DNA of 64,000 nucleotides from positions 1,248,001 to 1,312,000 of the forward strand of contig CBDHDG010000006.1 in the NCBI GenBank assembly GCA_965261595.1, given 5' to 3'. The notes under the pieces are model-generated. The model ran no database searches. It saw only the letters and a program-made list of their open reading frames with translations, and was not told the origin of the DNA. The position numbers and the translations under genes are program-made. The stretch is from a bacterium (GTDB lineage: Bacteria > UBA8248 > JACPRG01 > G963555815). This document shows positions 39,762-50,467 of the stretch, in pieces; the stretch's first letter is position 1, and the number at the start of each line of letters is the position of its first letter.

Positions 39762-41821
39762 ATGATCAAAGGGGCGCGGCAATTACCGGTTCAACACCTC
39801 ACCATCCGCGTGCCCTGGCACGACAACGGCTGGCAAGGCACGTTCTGCAATAACCCCTGCGGTAACACCAGTTGCACAATCCTACCGCGTATCGCAACCG
39901 GGCGCGACGATGCCCAGGAGACCGAGCTGGCGGGAGGCAGCCTCGAGGAACTGGACCGCGAGCAATTGCCGCCCTGCGTGGACGAACATGCCACCATCAT
40001 GGCGCCGTTCGCGTTGCCGATGGTCAAGAACCATCCCTACGCGAAATCGGCCGAACAGACGCACGGTCATTTCGCCCCCACCCCTTACACGATCCAGCCC
40101 TATTCAGCGGCGGCCATTCCGTTCCACTGGATGCTGAAAGAGCAGGCCGAGGGCAACGAGGAGTTTGGCGTTCCGAGCAGGGCCGAGGATCTCAAGCTGG
40201 GCTATACGGCCGAGCGCGAGCCGGACCTCGGTTTCACCACCAGTTGGGTACAGGAAGGCACGAACCAACGTGTGCTGCTGGACACGTTCTTCAGCGCCGC
40301 CAGGCCGGATCAATCGCTCGTCTTTTTTTACGCGAAACGCACACCGATGGCGGAGGACGTCCGCCGCGTGATTGTTGGCGTCGGGCGTGTGAAAACCATT
40401 GGTGCGGCGACAGCGTATCGCGACGTCGTCGGCACCCGGCCGAATAGCAAGATCAATGGCTACCTGTGGGAACACAATATCGAGCACTCGATACGCCCTG
40501 ATGGTACGGACGGATTTCTGCTGCCTTATCGCGAACTGCTCGCACTCGCCGAAGACGATGCCAGTCTCGATCTCGGCGCCTGCACCGCTTTTGCCCCGGA
40601 CGAGTACTTTGAACAGTACTCCTATGGCAGCGAGCTGCTGTCGCAGGATGGCGCCATTGCCTCATTGCTGGCGCTGGAAAAGGCAATTAAGTCCATGCGT
40701 AGCCTGCTCGAGGCACCCTGGGCGGAGTACCTTCAGTGGATAGACCGAGAGCTTAACCGGCTATGGCAGGTGCGCGGCGCCTTCCCCGGCCTCGGCGCGA
40801 CCCTGCATGCGTTCGGCCTGCCACATGGGAATCTGTTGGCGTGGCACCTGGTGGGCGACAGCGAGAAAGCCATCGACCCGTGGCCTGTATTGACTGCGGC
40901 ACTCAAAAAGCCGTCGTCCCTGCCGGAATACCTCCGCGACGGCATTGGCAAAACCCAGCAGCAGAAGTGGGAAAAACTTCCGGACTCGCGCCGCGCGTTG
41001 CTGATGCTGTTGGCGCGGTTCAATCTGACCAATGTTCAGGCGCTGCGGTGGTATCAGGAGACCGAGAGGGACAGCGCAGGCATCACGCTCGACGACAAGG
41101 ATATCCTGGCCAACCCGTACACGATCTATGAAGCTGATCGTCTTCAAGCGGACCCCATTGCATTCGCGGTGATTGACCGCGGCATGTTCCCCCCGGAGCC
41201 GCTGCGCAAGGATTTCCCGACCCCCGAGCCCAGCAGGGTGCATGAGGCGATAGACCCGCGACGCGTGCGCTCGGCAATGATCCAGACGCTGGAAGACGCG
41301 GCCGGTGAGGGGCACACACTGATACCGGCCTCCTGGCTGATCCAGCGCGTGCGTGCGCGGCCCATGAAACCAGAGTGTCCCGTAGATGCAGACACACTTG
41401 CTGTCGTGGGAGACAGCCTGGAACCATTGATTACGACAGTCAATCTGGAAACAGAGGACGATGCGTTTCAGCTCGATCGCTATGTCGAAACGTCGAAGCT
41501 GATCGACGCTGCGATTACGAAGCGCAGAAACGGCAAGGCAAACGGCGGTGAATCCGATTGGGCCGCGTTGGTTAATGAGGCGATTGATGAGGGGAAAAAG
41601 AAATCCGCACTTACCGCTGACGACAAAAAGGCGCGTCAGGAAAAGGCTGCTGCGCTGAAAGAATTGTACCGGGGCCGGGTTTGCTTATTGATGGGATCTG
41701 CCGGTACCGGTAAGAGCACATTGCTGAAAGCCCTATGCCGCATCGATGCAGTATTTAAAGGCGGCATCCTGTTGCTCGCCCCTACCGGCAAAGCGCGCGT
41801 CAGACTCGAACAAGCCAGCGG
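39762..41821 (+). pseudogene. Large RecD-like SF1 helicase, truncated by IS3
   Basis: HLTIRVPWHD..W.G..C..P..N.SC N-terminus; GSAGTGKS and LAPTGKA, then cut by the IS at 41822. Confidence 0.75.
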
Positions 41822-43225
41822 TCCCCCGCTCTAGGGTTTTGTTGGACACTCGATTGATCCATGATTCATGGAGAAAGGGGTGTCGCGATGAACGAACAAA
41901 AGCAAGAGGGGGCTTTGGCGGAGGGCGCGCGTAGGGCGAACGGAGCCAAGGCCCCAGGGCATCGCAGTGAGCGGGGTCGGTTCTCCTGCCAGCGCAAGCG
42001 GGAGGCGGTCCTGCGTCTTTTGCGGGGCGAGAGCCTGGAGACGCTCTGCCGCGAGTTGGGCACGACAGCGGCTCGGCTTTCCGCCTGGCGCGAGGCGTTC
42101 CTTCGCGGGGGCGAGGCGGCGCTCAAAGCCCGCCCGGCGGATGAGCGGGCCGAGGAGAACGCCCGGCTCAAGGCCAAGGTGGGCGAACTCACGATGGAGG
42201 GCGAGGTCCTGCGGGAGAAGATCGACCGCCTGGAGGCCGGCCGCCCTTTAGCCGGCAGGAGGTGGAGGCGATGAGTCAGGCCCGCTTCACCTCCACGGGC
42301 AGAGCCTACGGCCTGAAGCGGGTGTGCGCCCTTTGGGGCTTGGCGCGCTCCACGGTCTACGCGCAACGGCGGCGAGAGGCGGTCCCCGTTCATGAACGCC
42401 CCACGCCCAATAAGCGCGGCCCTGTGGGCCCGTGCACCGATGCGGAACTCCTCGGCCACATCCTGCAGGTCCTGGAGGACTCTCCCTTCCATGGCGAGGG
42501 CTACCGCAAGGTGTGGGCGAGGCTGCGCTTCGCGGGCATCCGCACCAGCAAGGAGCGGGTGCGTCGCCTGATGCGGGAGGCGGGGCTTCAGGCCCCCCAC
42601 CGGGTGGGCAAACCCCGAGGTCCCAAGGCCCACAACGGGACCATCCGCACCGAGCGGCCCGACCGAATGTGGGGCACGCACATGACGACGACAGTGACCA
42701 CCGAGGAGGGGATGGCCTCGGTGTTCGTGGCGGTGGATCACTGCTCGGTGGACTGCGTGGGGATCCATGCGGCCAAGAGCGGCAACCGCTTCGAGGCCCT
42801 GGAGCCGATCCGGCAGGGGGTCGCCGAGCGCTTCGCCGGCTTGGAGGCGGACGTCGCCGAGGGGCTTAAAGTTCGTCACGACCACGGCCCCGCCTATCTG
42901 TCCGATGACTTTCAGCGGGAGATCGCCTACCTGGGCATGACCAGTTCGCCCAGCTTCGTGCGGGCGCCCGAGGGAAATGGCTACTGTGAGTGGTTCATCC
43001 GCATCTTGAAGGAGAATCTCCTGTGGGTGCGCTCTTTCGCCACCGTAGAGGAACTGCGGTGGGCGCTGCTTGAGTTCAAGAACCTGTATAACCATCATTG
43101 GATTCTCGAGGGCTACGGCTACCGAACGCCGGCCCAGGCAAGGCAGGAAAAACTCGCTCAAGTTGCGGAGGCCGCATGAGGTCGAATACCCTCACCCGAG
43201 TGTCCAATAACCCAGGGGCGGTCCA
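41822..43225 (+). mobile_element. IS3-family element, 1404 bp, copy A (orfA 41888-42274, orfB 42271-43179)
   Basis: DDE core; first Asp replaced by His in this copy (WGTHMT). No TSD. Confidence 0.9.
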
Positions 43226-43474
43226 CGACAGCCCTAAACTGTCCACTGAAACGGAGTAAATCCAGTCTTGGACGCTGCGGGCGATCTGCTCGTCGCCAAC
43301 GCTGTTAAGGATGGCTTCTTCGAGGACAAACATATCGCTGGCATGGAGTTCGATGTGACCGGTAGCAATGGGTTTCGGAAGAGCTTTCCAATGACGTTTA
43401 CCTATTGGGTAACTGATGCGGGTGTTGAGTCCATCAAGAGGTTTGCCGCAGGGATCGATATTGCGTAACCAGGC

Positions 43475-43546
43475 GGCTAACCATTCACTTCAGTTGACGT
43501 GATACGGCCTACGACCTTCGCACGTGGCTGAGTTTAAGCGTTCATC
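43475..43546 (+). other. Degenerate integron attC-like site
   Basis: GGCTAAC(R'')-CATTCA-CTTCAGT...GCTGAG-TTTAAGC-GTTCATC(R'), 6 bp after the stop of a truncated ORF (43268-43468). Confidence 0.5.
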
Positions 43547-43718
43547 TTGCGAGCCTTCGCAAACGGAGACTTGAAGAGCTACAGGTTTGCCGGGGGAACA
43601 ATAAGCAGAAGTTTTGCCTCCAAGGCGCCATACATGCAGTGGTTAGTGGTGCCGACTCCGTGCCGGTCGCTTTCCGAGGATTCGCGGCGGAGTTCGCAAA
43701 CAAAGCCGGCGTGCGCCG

Positions 43719-44048
43719 TCAACCTGGATTCGCCATCACCGCATCTTTACCTTGCTGCCCGTCAACATGGAGCGTGACTCGCAGACCGCCGTCGAGGGCA
43801 GCAAGCATCTTCATCAGCCGGTCCAGTGTAAACCGCCCCAGGTCCGCGTTGCGAATGCGCGAGAAATCGGCCGCGGCGAAGCGGGTCTGGGCGGCGGCCT
43901 TTCTCACCGAAAACCCGCGGTCGTCCAGCACCGCGATGATCCGGGCCGCGAGAATCGCCTTGGCTTGTTTCAGGTCCGCAAGCGGATCGTCGAGGTCGCG
44001 AAACACATTACCGCTTCCCTCGATTAGTTCGAAATCGCTTTCACTCAT
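43719..44048 (-). CDS. XRE-type HTH antitoxin
   Basis: GSGNVFRDL...DFSRIRNADLGRFTLDRL; ATGA overlap with the toxin gene. Confidence 0.85.
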   Translation of the reverse strand: MSESDFELIEGSGNVFRDLDDPLADLKQAKAILAARIIAVLDDRGFSVRKAAAQTRFAAADFSRIRNADLGRFTLDRLMKMLAALDGGLRVTLHVDGQQGKDAVMANPG

Positions 44049-44395
44049 GGTAACAACTCCCTTTTCAGTCGCCTCAGCCGGTCCCTCACCAGATCGATCT
44101 CGGACTTCGGAGTCTTGATCCCCGTTTTCGATTTCTTCCGGAACGCGTGGATCACACATAGCCGTCCCGCAACTTCCGTTACGTAGACGACCCGCCAGGC
44201 ATCGGTTCGGTGCCGCACGGCGATTTCCATGACACCCGGCCCGAAACCCTTCAGCGGTTTCACGATGTCCGCTTTGCCGCCTTCAGCCGCTATCGTCAGT
44301 GCCGTGTTGACGCGATCCCGCACGGTCACGGAGAACGTCTCGAAAACCTTTCGCGCATCCCTGACCCAGCCGATCGGCCGCGTATCTTGGTTCAT
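44045..44395 (-). CDS. RelE/ParE-like (Gp49-type) toxin
   Basis: KPLKGFGPGVMEI...RVVY...IHAFRKKSKTGIKTP. Confidence 0.85.
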   Translation of the reverse strand: MNQDTRPIGWVRDARKVFETFSVTVRDRVNTALTIAAEGGKADIVKPLKGFGPGVMEIAVRHRTDAWRVVYVTEVAGRLCVIHAFRKKSKTGIKTPKSEIDLVRDRLRRLKRELLP

Positions 44396-44678
44396 TCCGT
44401 ATATTGTCATTTATGACTACACATGTCAAACAAGCCAGGCGAGGTGACGCGGGATAGCGGATTCCTACCCCGGACACGGCTGCCGGGGCGCGCAAAACCC
44501 GGCGGTGCCCACTTCCGGCGCCGACCCTCGCGGCACGCGACACCTCATTTCCGTTACCCCGACAGGAAATCGGCTGCAATATTGTCGCCGAACCGTTCCG
44601 CCAACTCCCGCACCGAATCCTGCGCCAGCGTCCCTCGACGCGCAGCCGTGGCATAAATTGCGTTCGGATGACCCACTT

Positions 44679-45926
44679 TCATATCACAGCGGTTTCGGCG
44701 GTAGCGTCCACGTTCATCATGGCATCGATCCTGTCGGCGATGCGTTGTGAGGGCTCGCGGAGCTGCTCCACGGTCCAGTCGGCGGCGTAGCCTTCGGTGA
44801 TGTCATCATCACGGGCGTGGTTGACCAGCCGCTTGGTCAGCGAGCGCGGCAGCATCAGTTCACGCTCCGCCACCGTGATGAAGACATTGCGCAGGCCGTG
44901 GAACCAGAACCGGGTCCCCGCGGCGCGCCCGATATCGACGTAATACTGGTGAATGCCGCCGAGATGGCCCGTCGAACTCATGGAGGAGGGGAACACCCAG
45001 CCGTCCGGGTCCTCTCCGTCCGCCCGGCGGCGCTCGAATATCGCCGCCAGCTGCCGGGTGACGGGAAGCTCCAGCGGCTCTCCGGTCTTGGTCTCCTCGA
45101 CTCGCAGGATACGCCGCTCCAGTTCCAGGCGCTCCCATCTGAGCGAGACGATCTCGCCCAGGCGCATACCGGTATAGACCCCGACCAGGAAGATGTCGCG
45201 GTGCGCGGGCGGAAGCCCGACGGCATCCACACCGGCGCGCCAGCGCGGCAGCACCTCGGAAGGGGCGGAGATGCGCCGCCGCCGCTTGGGGTGGTAGCGC
45301 CCGCCCCCGGCGAGCCAGAGTTCGACCGGGTTGCGCAAGCCCTCGTGATCGACGCAGGACCGGCGATAGATGGAACGCAGCAGTGAAATCGTCTGATTGG
45401 CGCCCGCCCAGCCGTGCTCCTCGGTGATGAGGTTGAACCGTCCCTCAATGTCCCGCCGGGTAATGGCGTCGAGCGGACGGTTGCGCCAGCCGCGGAGATT
45501 GATCCGCATGTTCTGGCGGTAGCGCTCCACCGTCCTTGCCTTGCGGTTGGGGTTGGCGTCCATGTAGTCCTCGAACGCTTCTCCGAGGGTCGGCATTCCC
45601 CGCGCATCTGCGCGTTCAGAGGCGGGGTCGTCCCCTCCGGCGACGCGGCCGAGCAGTTCCTGGGCCATGCGCCGCGCCTTGTCGGGCGTGATGCGCCCGT
45701 AGCGCCCGAGGGTGACGCGCTTGTTGGGCGCCTTGCGCCCGCCGTCTCCGGCGCGGTAGTTGACGACAAAGGTCCTGGTGCCCGTAGGCTGGACGCGGAC
45801 ACCGAAGCCGGTGAGCTTGTCGTCCCATGCGATCCAGGGTTTCTCGGCGGGCTCGAGGGCCTCGACGGTTCGCTTGGTCAGGGTCAGCTTGACTTTGGCG
45901 ATGCGTTTTACGAGGTGGTTTTCCAT
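44679..45926 (-). CDS. Tyrosine integrase with N-terminal arm-binding domain
   Basis: WD..LTGFGVRV arm domain; GMRLGE, TKTG, HGLRN, NH, EGY. Confidence 0.9.
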   Translation of the reverse strand: MENHLVKRIAKVKLTLTKRTVEALEPAEKPWIAWDDKLTGFGVRVQPTGTRTFVVNYRAGDGGRKAPNKRVTLGRYGRITPDKARRMAQELLGRVAGGDDPASERADARGMPTLGEAFEDYMDANPNRKARTVERYRQNMRINLRGWRNRPLDAITRRDIEGRFNLITEEHGWAGANQTISLLRSIYRRSCVDHEGLRNPVELWLAGGGRYHPKRRRRISAPSEVLPRWRAGVDAVGLPPAHRDIFLVGVYTGMRLGEIVSLRWERLELERRILRVEETKTGEPLELPVTRQLAAIFERRRADGEDPDGWVFPSSMSSTGHLGGIHQYYVDIGRAAGTRFWFHGLRNVFITVAERELMLPRSLTKRLVNHARDDDITEGYAADWTVEQLREPSQRIADRIDAMMNVDATAETAVI

Positions 45927-46115
45927 GCGGACATTATAAGCAAACGCGAAAATAGTTCAACCCGATATTCAACACAAGGAAGTAAACTGGTGCCCGGACA
46001 TTCGCACCAATGGCGAGCGGTCCGAGGTGATTATTCCAGTTAACATACTGAAATACATGCATATATGTCGTCATTTGTCTATTCATGTGTATCCGTGACC
46101 AATTCAATTGATAAA

Positions 46116-46550
46116 TGCTGGGACGACGTGGACCGCACGGCGGGCGAGTTGAGGCTCAGGGACGCCAAGTCGGGTCCGCGCATGGCGCCCCTAACCGGGC
46201 ACGTGCTGAGAGTGCTTAACGGCATTCCCCGTATCGAAGGCACTCCCTGGGTGCTTGTCGGACAAAGGCCGGGGACCGGTCTGACGAACCTCGACCACTA
46301 CTGGCAACCCATCCGGGCGCAGGCCGGCTTGGATGACGTCCGGATTCACGACATCCGGCACAGCTATGCATCGAGGGCCCTGGCGCTGGGCGAGAGCCTG
46401 CCCGTGATCGGCAAGCTGCTCGGTCACAGTCAAGTATCAACGACAGCACGTTATGCGCACTTGATGCGGGATGCGGAGAAGGAAGCCGCGACCCGGGTGG
46501 GCGACAGCATCGGCGCCCACATCGGGCCGCGGAGCACCGAGGCGGCATGA
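46116..46550 (+). pseudogene. Tyrosine integrase, catalytic half only
   Basis: DAKSG, HDIRHSYAS, LLGH...TARYAH; N-terminus missing. Confidence 0.8.
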
Positions 46551-47824
46551 GGCTGGATGACATGGCGAAGCTGGAATACAAGACGCTCTCGAACCGCACG
46601 GTCGAGAAGCTGAAGGTAGAAAAAGACACGGTGTTCTGGGATCACGAGCTCACCGGCTTCGGGATGCGGGTCTATCCCGCGGGCGGCAAGGTCTATGTCG
46701 CCCAGGCCCGGGGACCGGGGGGACCGAAGCGGGTCACGGTGGGCCGGCACGGGGTGCTCGGCGCGGAGCAGGCACGTCAGCGGGCGGCCCTGATCATCGC
46801 CCGGGTCAAGGCCGGCGAGGAGCCGGTGCCCGAGCCCATGGCGGTGAAGCTGTCCGGTGGGCCGACAGTGGGCCAGCTTGCGAGGCGGTTTCTCGAAGAG
46901 CACGTGGCGGTGCGCTACAAGCCGAGCACCATGAAGTCGACTCGCACGGTGGTGAATCGTCATATCGTGCCCGCCCTCGGTCAGCTACCGCTGGAGGCGG
47001 TCAGCCGCGCACGGGTCATGGAGCTGCATGACGAACTCTACGAGACCCCTGTGATGGCGAACATGGTGGTCCGCACCCTGTCGCTGATGTACAGGCTGGC
47101 CGAGAGCTGGGGGCTCGTTCCGGAGGGATGCAACCCCTGCCGGCTGGCGGTCAGGTTTCCGGAGCGCAAGCGGGAAAGGTTTCTGACCGATGGAGAGTTC
47201 ACCCGCCTGGGAAAGGTGCTGGATGAGGTCGAGACCCGGGGCGGCGCGTCGGCATCCGCGGTGACCGCTCTCCGTCTGCTTATGCTGACCGGATGCCGGA
47301 AGAACGAGATCCTGACCCTTCGGTGGGAGGACGTGGCGCTGGATCAGAATGAATTGAGACTGCCCGACGCCAAGACGGGCGCACGGGTGGTTCCATTGTC
47401 GCCCTCGGCGGTGAGGCTTCTTTCCGGTCTGCCGCGAGAACCGGCCAACCCCTGTGTCATTCCCGGGCGGAAGCCGGGCACGCATATGAGCAACGTGGAT
47501 CAGGCCTGGCAGGTCATCTGGGCGAGGGCTGGCCTGGAGGACGTCCGGATCCATGACCTGCGTCACAGCTTTGCGTCCAGGGCCCTGGCGCTGGGGGAGA
47601 GCTTGCCGATGATCGGAAAGCTGTTAGGCCACAGCCAGGTCGAGACCACGGCCCGGTACGCCCATCTGGCGCGGGATTCGGTGCAGGAGGCCGCGGAGCG
47701 AATCGCCGACAGCATCGCGGCCGACATCCTGGGCGAAGGCTGGAGGCCGGCTGGAGTTACCCCGGTTTGGTGGAGAGTTAAGCACTTGGGTTTTCAGGGT
47801 GTGCGTTGTTGTCTCCTTTCGTAG
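46547..47824 (+). CDS. Tyrosine integrase with arm-binding domain; extreme 3' end runs into IS3
   Basis: GCRKNE, AKTG, HDLRHSFAS, LGH, TARYAH. Likely start 46547 or 46562. Confidence 0.88.
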   Translation: MRLDDMAKLEYKTLSNRTVEKLKVEKDTVFWDHELTGFGMRVYPAGGKVYVAQARGPGGPKRVTVGRHGVLGAEQARQRAALIIARVKAGEEPVPEPMAVKLSGGPTVGQLARRFLEEHVAVRYKPSTMKSTRTVVNRHIVPALGQLPLEAVSRARVMELHDELYETPVMANMVVRTLSLMYRLAESWGLVPEGCNPCRLAVRFPERKRERFLTDGEFTRLGKVLDEVETRGGASASAVTALRLLMLTGCRKNEILTLRWEDVALDQNELRLPDAKTGARVVPLSPSAVRLLSGLPREPANPCVIPGRKPGTHMSNVDQAWQVIWARAGLEDVRIHDLRHSFASRALALGESLPMIGKLLGHSQVETTARYAHLARDSVQEAAERIADSIAADILGEGWRPAGVTPVWWRVKHLGFQGVRCCLLS

Positions 47825-49013
47825 TTAACGGGTGACAGGTTGTCGATGGAGGAGTGCCGACGACGCGGGTTGTAGAAGCCCTCGATGAACCCGAACACCT
47901 CCATGCGCGCCTCGGCCCGGGTGCGGAAACTGTGGCGAGCGAGGAGCTCGCACTCCAGCGTGGCGAAAAAGCTCTCACACAGCGCGTTGTCGTAGCAGTC
48001 CCCGACCGAACCCATGGAGGGACGCCCGCCCGCCTGCCGGCAGCGCTGCCCAAAGGCGACCGAGGTGTACTGCGTGCCCTGGTCGGAGTGGTGGATGACG
48101 GCCCGGGGACGGCGCTTATACAGCGCCATGTCGAGCGCGTCGAGCACCAACTCGGCCCGCAGGTGTGTGGCCATCGACCACCCCACGATGCGCCGGCTGA
48201 ACGCATCGAGCGCCACGGCCAGATACAAAAACCCCGCCCATGTCGGAACGTAGGTGATGTCGGCCACCCACAGCCGGTCGGGGGCCTCGGCCGTGAAGTT
48301 GCGGTCCACCAGATCAGGGGCCGGCCGCGCCTCCTGCCGGCGCTGCGTCGTGCGCGCTCCCTTGCGCCGACTGACGCCCGCAAGTCCCGCCCCACGCATC
48401 AGCGCCTGGCGACGCGCTTGCGGCCCACACGCACTCCCTCAGCCTCCAGCTCGGCATGGACGCGCGGCACGCCGCAAGTCCCCCGAGAACGCTCGTGGAT
48501 CGCCTGAATGCGTTTGGTGAGCGCCCGATCGGCACACGAGCGGGCACACGGCGCGCGCCTGCACCACGCGTAGTAGCCGCTGGAGGAGACCCCAGCACCC
48601 GGCACATGGTGGCGGTCCGATACATGGCCTGGTTCGCCCTCACGAACCCGTAGATCCGGACGGGATCGAATCGGTCTCCCGAGCAAACCAGGCCGCGGCT
48701 TTTGCCAGGATCTCCCGCTCCTGGCGGAGCTGTCGGTTCTCGCGGCGAAGTCGGCGCAACTCCTCCCGCTCATCGCTCGTGAGCCCGTCTTTGCGACGCC
48801 CCTCGTCGACGTCGGCTTGATGGGCCCAGGTGCGGATCGTCTGCACCGAGGGCTCGAACTCGCGCGCCAGCGCCTCGGGCGTGCGTCCCGCCCAGACCAA
48901 CTCTACCATCTGGCGGCGGAACTCCATTGGATAGCGTGGGTGCAGCCTGCGGCATCGTGAACACCTCCTTTACCCCCAAATCATCAGGTGTCCACCAAAC
49001 CGGGTCAACTCCA
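47752..49013 (-). mobile_element. IS3-family element with frameshifted orfA/orfB
   Basis: IRs TGGAGTTACCCCGGTTTGGTGGA / TCCACCAAACCGGGTCAACTCCA; WVADIT, HSDQG, DNALCESFF. Confidence 0.88.
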
Positions 49014-49360
49014 CTTTTGAAGAGCGGGTCGTCCACGAACCGCAGGTTGCAATCGAAGACGAAAACCTCCATCACGTCGAACTCCTCCTCCATGTCCTCG
49101 AAGACGAACGTAGTGATCTCGCCAGTAAGGTCCGTGAACAGCGCCTGTCTATCGATCTAGATGAGGAACGTCGGCTCGAAGGCGTTCAGGTCCATGCGCT
49201 GGGTCTCTGCTGGGACCACCACCTCGGTGGTCTTTAGCGGCAACTTACCGATGCATGGAAAAAGTGTCGAGAGGATTGACAGTATCGGTTCTGGCGACCG
49301 TCTGCCAAGTCGCCTGAATTCGTGTTTGACAAATCTGCGGCACTGCCGCATCTTAAACCT

Positions 49361-49693
49361 GTGCGTGTCTTCGCCACCAAGACGTACGAACGGGCTATCC
49401 GCAAGCTCATGTCGGAAGCGGATCGACATGCCATCGAGGCAGCCATTGTCGCCGATCCGACTGCTGCGCCCGTAATCCGAGGAACCGGCGGGATTCGCAA
49501 GCTGCGCTGGGCTGGATCGGGACGGGGCAAGCGGGGCGGAGTCCGCACGATCTATTTCCATCAATCCGAGCCCGAGACAATCTACCTGCTGACCGCTTAT
49601 GCGAAGGCGGATCGGGACGACCTGAGCCCGGCGGACAAGAAGGTGCTTTCGCGGCTTGTGGCCGCAATCAAGAAGATGGAGGAAAACCGATGA
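49361..49693 (+). CDS. RelE/HigB-2-type toxin
   Basis: IRGTGGIRKLRW...GKRGGVRTIY...LLTAYAK. Confidence 0.88.
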   Translation: MRVFATKTYERAIRKLMSEADRHAIEAAIVADPTAAPVIRGTGGIRKLRWAGSGRGKRGGVRTIYFHQSEPETIYLLTAYAKADRDDLSPADKKVLSRLVAAIKKMEENR

Positions 49694-49995
49694 CGACTGA
49701 GCGAACCCAAGTGGGACACGAGGTGGAGGAGGCCTTGGGCGAGGTGCTTGCACATTTGCGCGACGAAACGCCGCTTCCTTGCCGAATCGTCGACGATCCG
49801 GCCGCAGAACACATTGTTGCGCTGCGCAAACGCATGAAGCTCAGCCGCAAGAAGTTCGCGGATCGGTTCGGACTAGACGCCCGCGCCGTGCAGGACTGGG
49901 AACAGGGCCGGCGAGTACCGGACCGTGCGGCCCGCGTCCTGCTGACTGTCATCGACCGCGACCCGGAGGCGGTAGTGCGCGCCCTTGACGGGTGA
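49690..49995 (+). CDS. HTH antitoxin (HigA-2 type)
   Basis: LSRKKFA..FG....VQDWEQGRR.PDRAAR.LL; ATGA overlap. Confidence 0.88.
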   Translation: MTTERTQVGHEVEEALGEVLAHLRDETPLPCRIVDDPAAEHIVALRKRMKLSRKKFADRFGLDARAVQDWEQGRRVPDRAARVLLTVIDRDPEAVVRALDG

Positions 49996-50007
49996 GGGGA
50001 AACGGTA

Positions 50008-50165
50008 ATGATCGAACGCGGCGGCAACGGATTCGCGGACCTGGGACTTCCGGATGCCGACGGGTACCTGCTCCTGGCCGAACTGGTCACGCGGTTAGAC
50101 AAGATCATTCGAGAACTCGGCCTCAAACAGCTCGAGGCGGCGAAGCTGCTCAGGCTGGAACTCGC
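50008..50165 (+). pseudogene. XRE antitoxin fragment
   Basis: GNGFADLGLPDA...LKQLEAAKLL, then loses homology. Confidence 0.5.
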
Positions 50166-50301
50166 GAATCGATGGCGTGATCGATGGACCCGCCGCCGAC
50201 GCTTCTGGATGTGCTTTCTCGTTGCCGGGATGATTGTAGGAGGGCTGGGGCGTCTCGTGCCGGACCGGACGGTTTTTGGAGCTACGTTGAGGACGACACC
50301 C

Positions 50302-50467
50302 ATGATTACGACGAACGTATTATTCAGAGTCTTCCACATCGCTTGGGGAGATTCTACCGGCACTGCTTTTACCATCGATCATGCCTCCAAGCAGTACCTG
50401 GTCACAGCTCGCCATGTTGTGAAGGGGATTGGTTCCGGAGATAGCATCCGAGTGTTTCACGAAGAGC
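50302..50467 (+). pseudogene. Trypsin-like serine protease N-terminus, truncated by IS3
   Basis: GTAFTID...YLVTARHVV (catalytic His motif). Confidence 0.65.

Noticed and set aside
49014..49260. Minus-strand coding-like remnant
   Set aside because: Contains a stop and matches no family I recognise.
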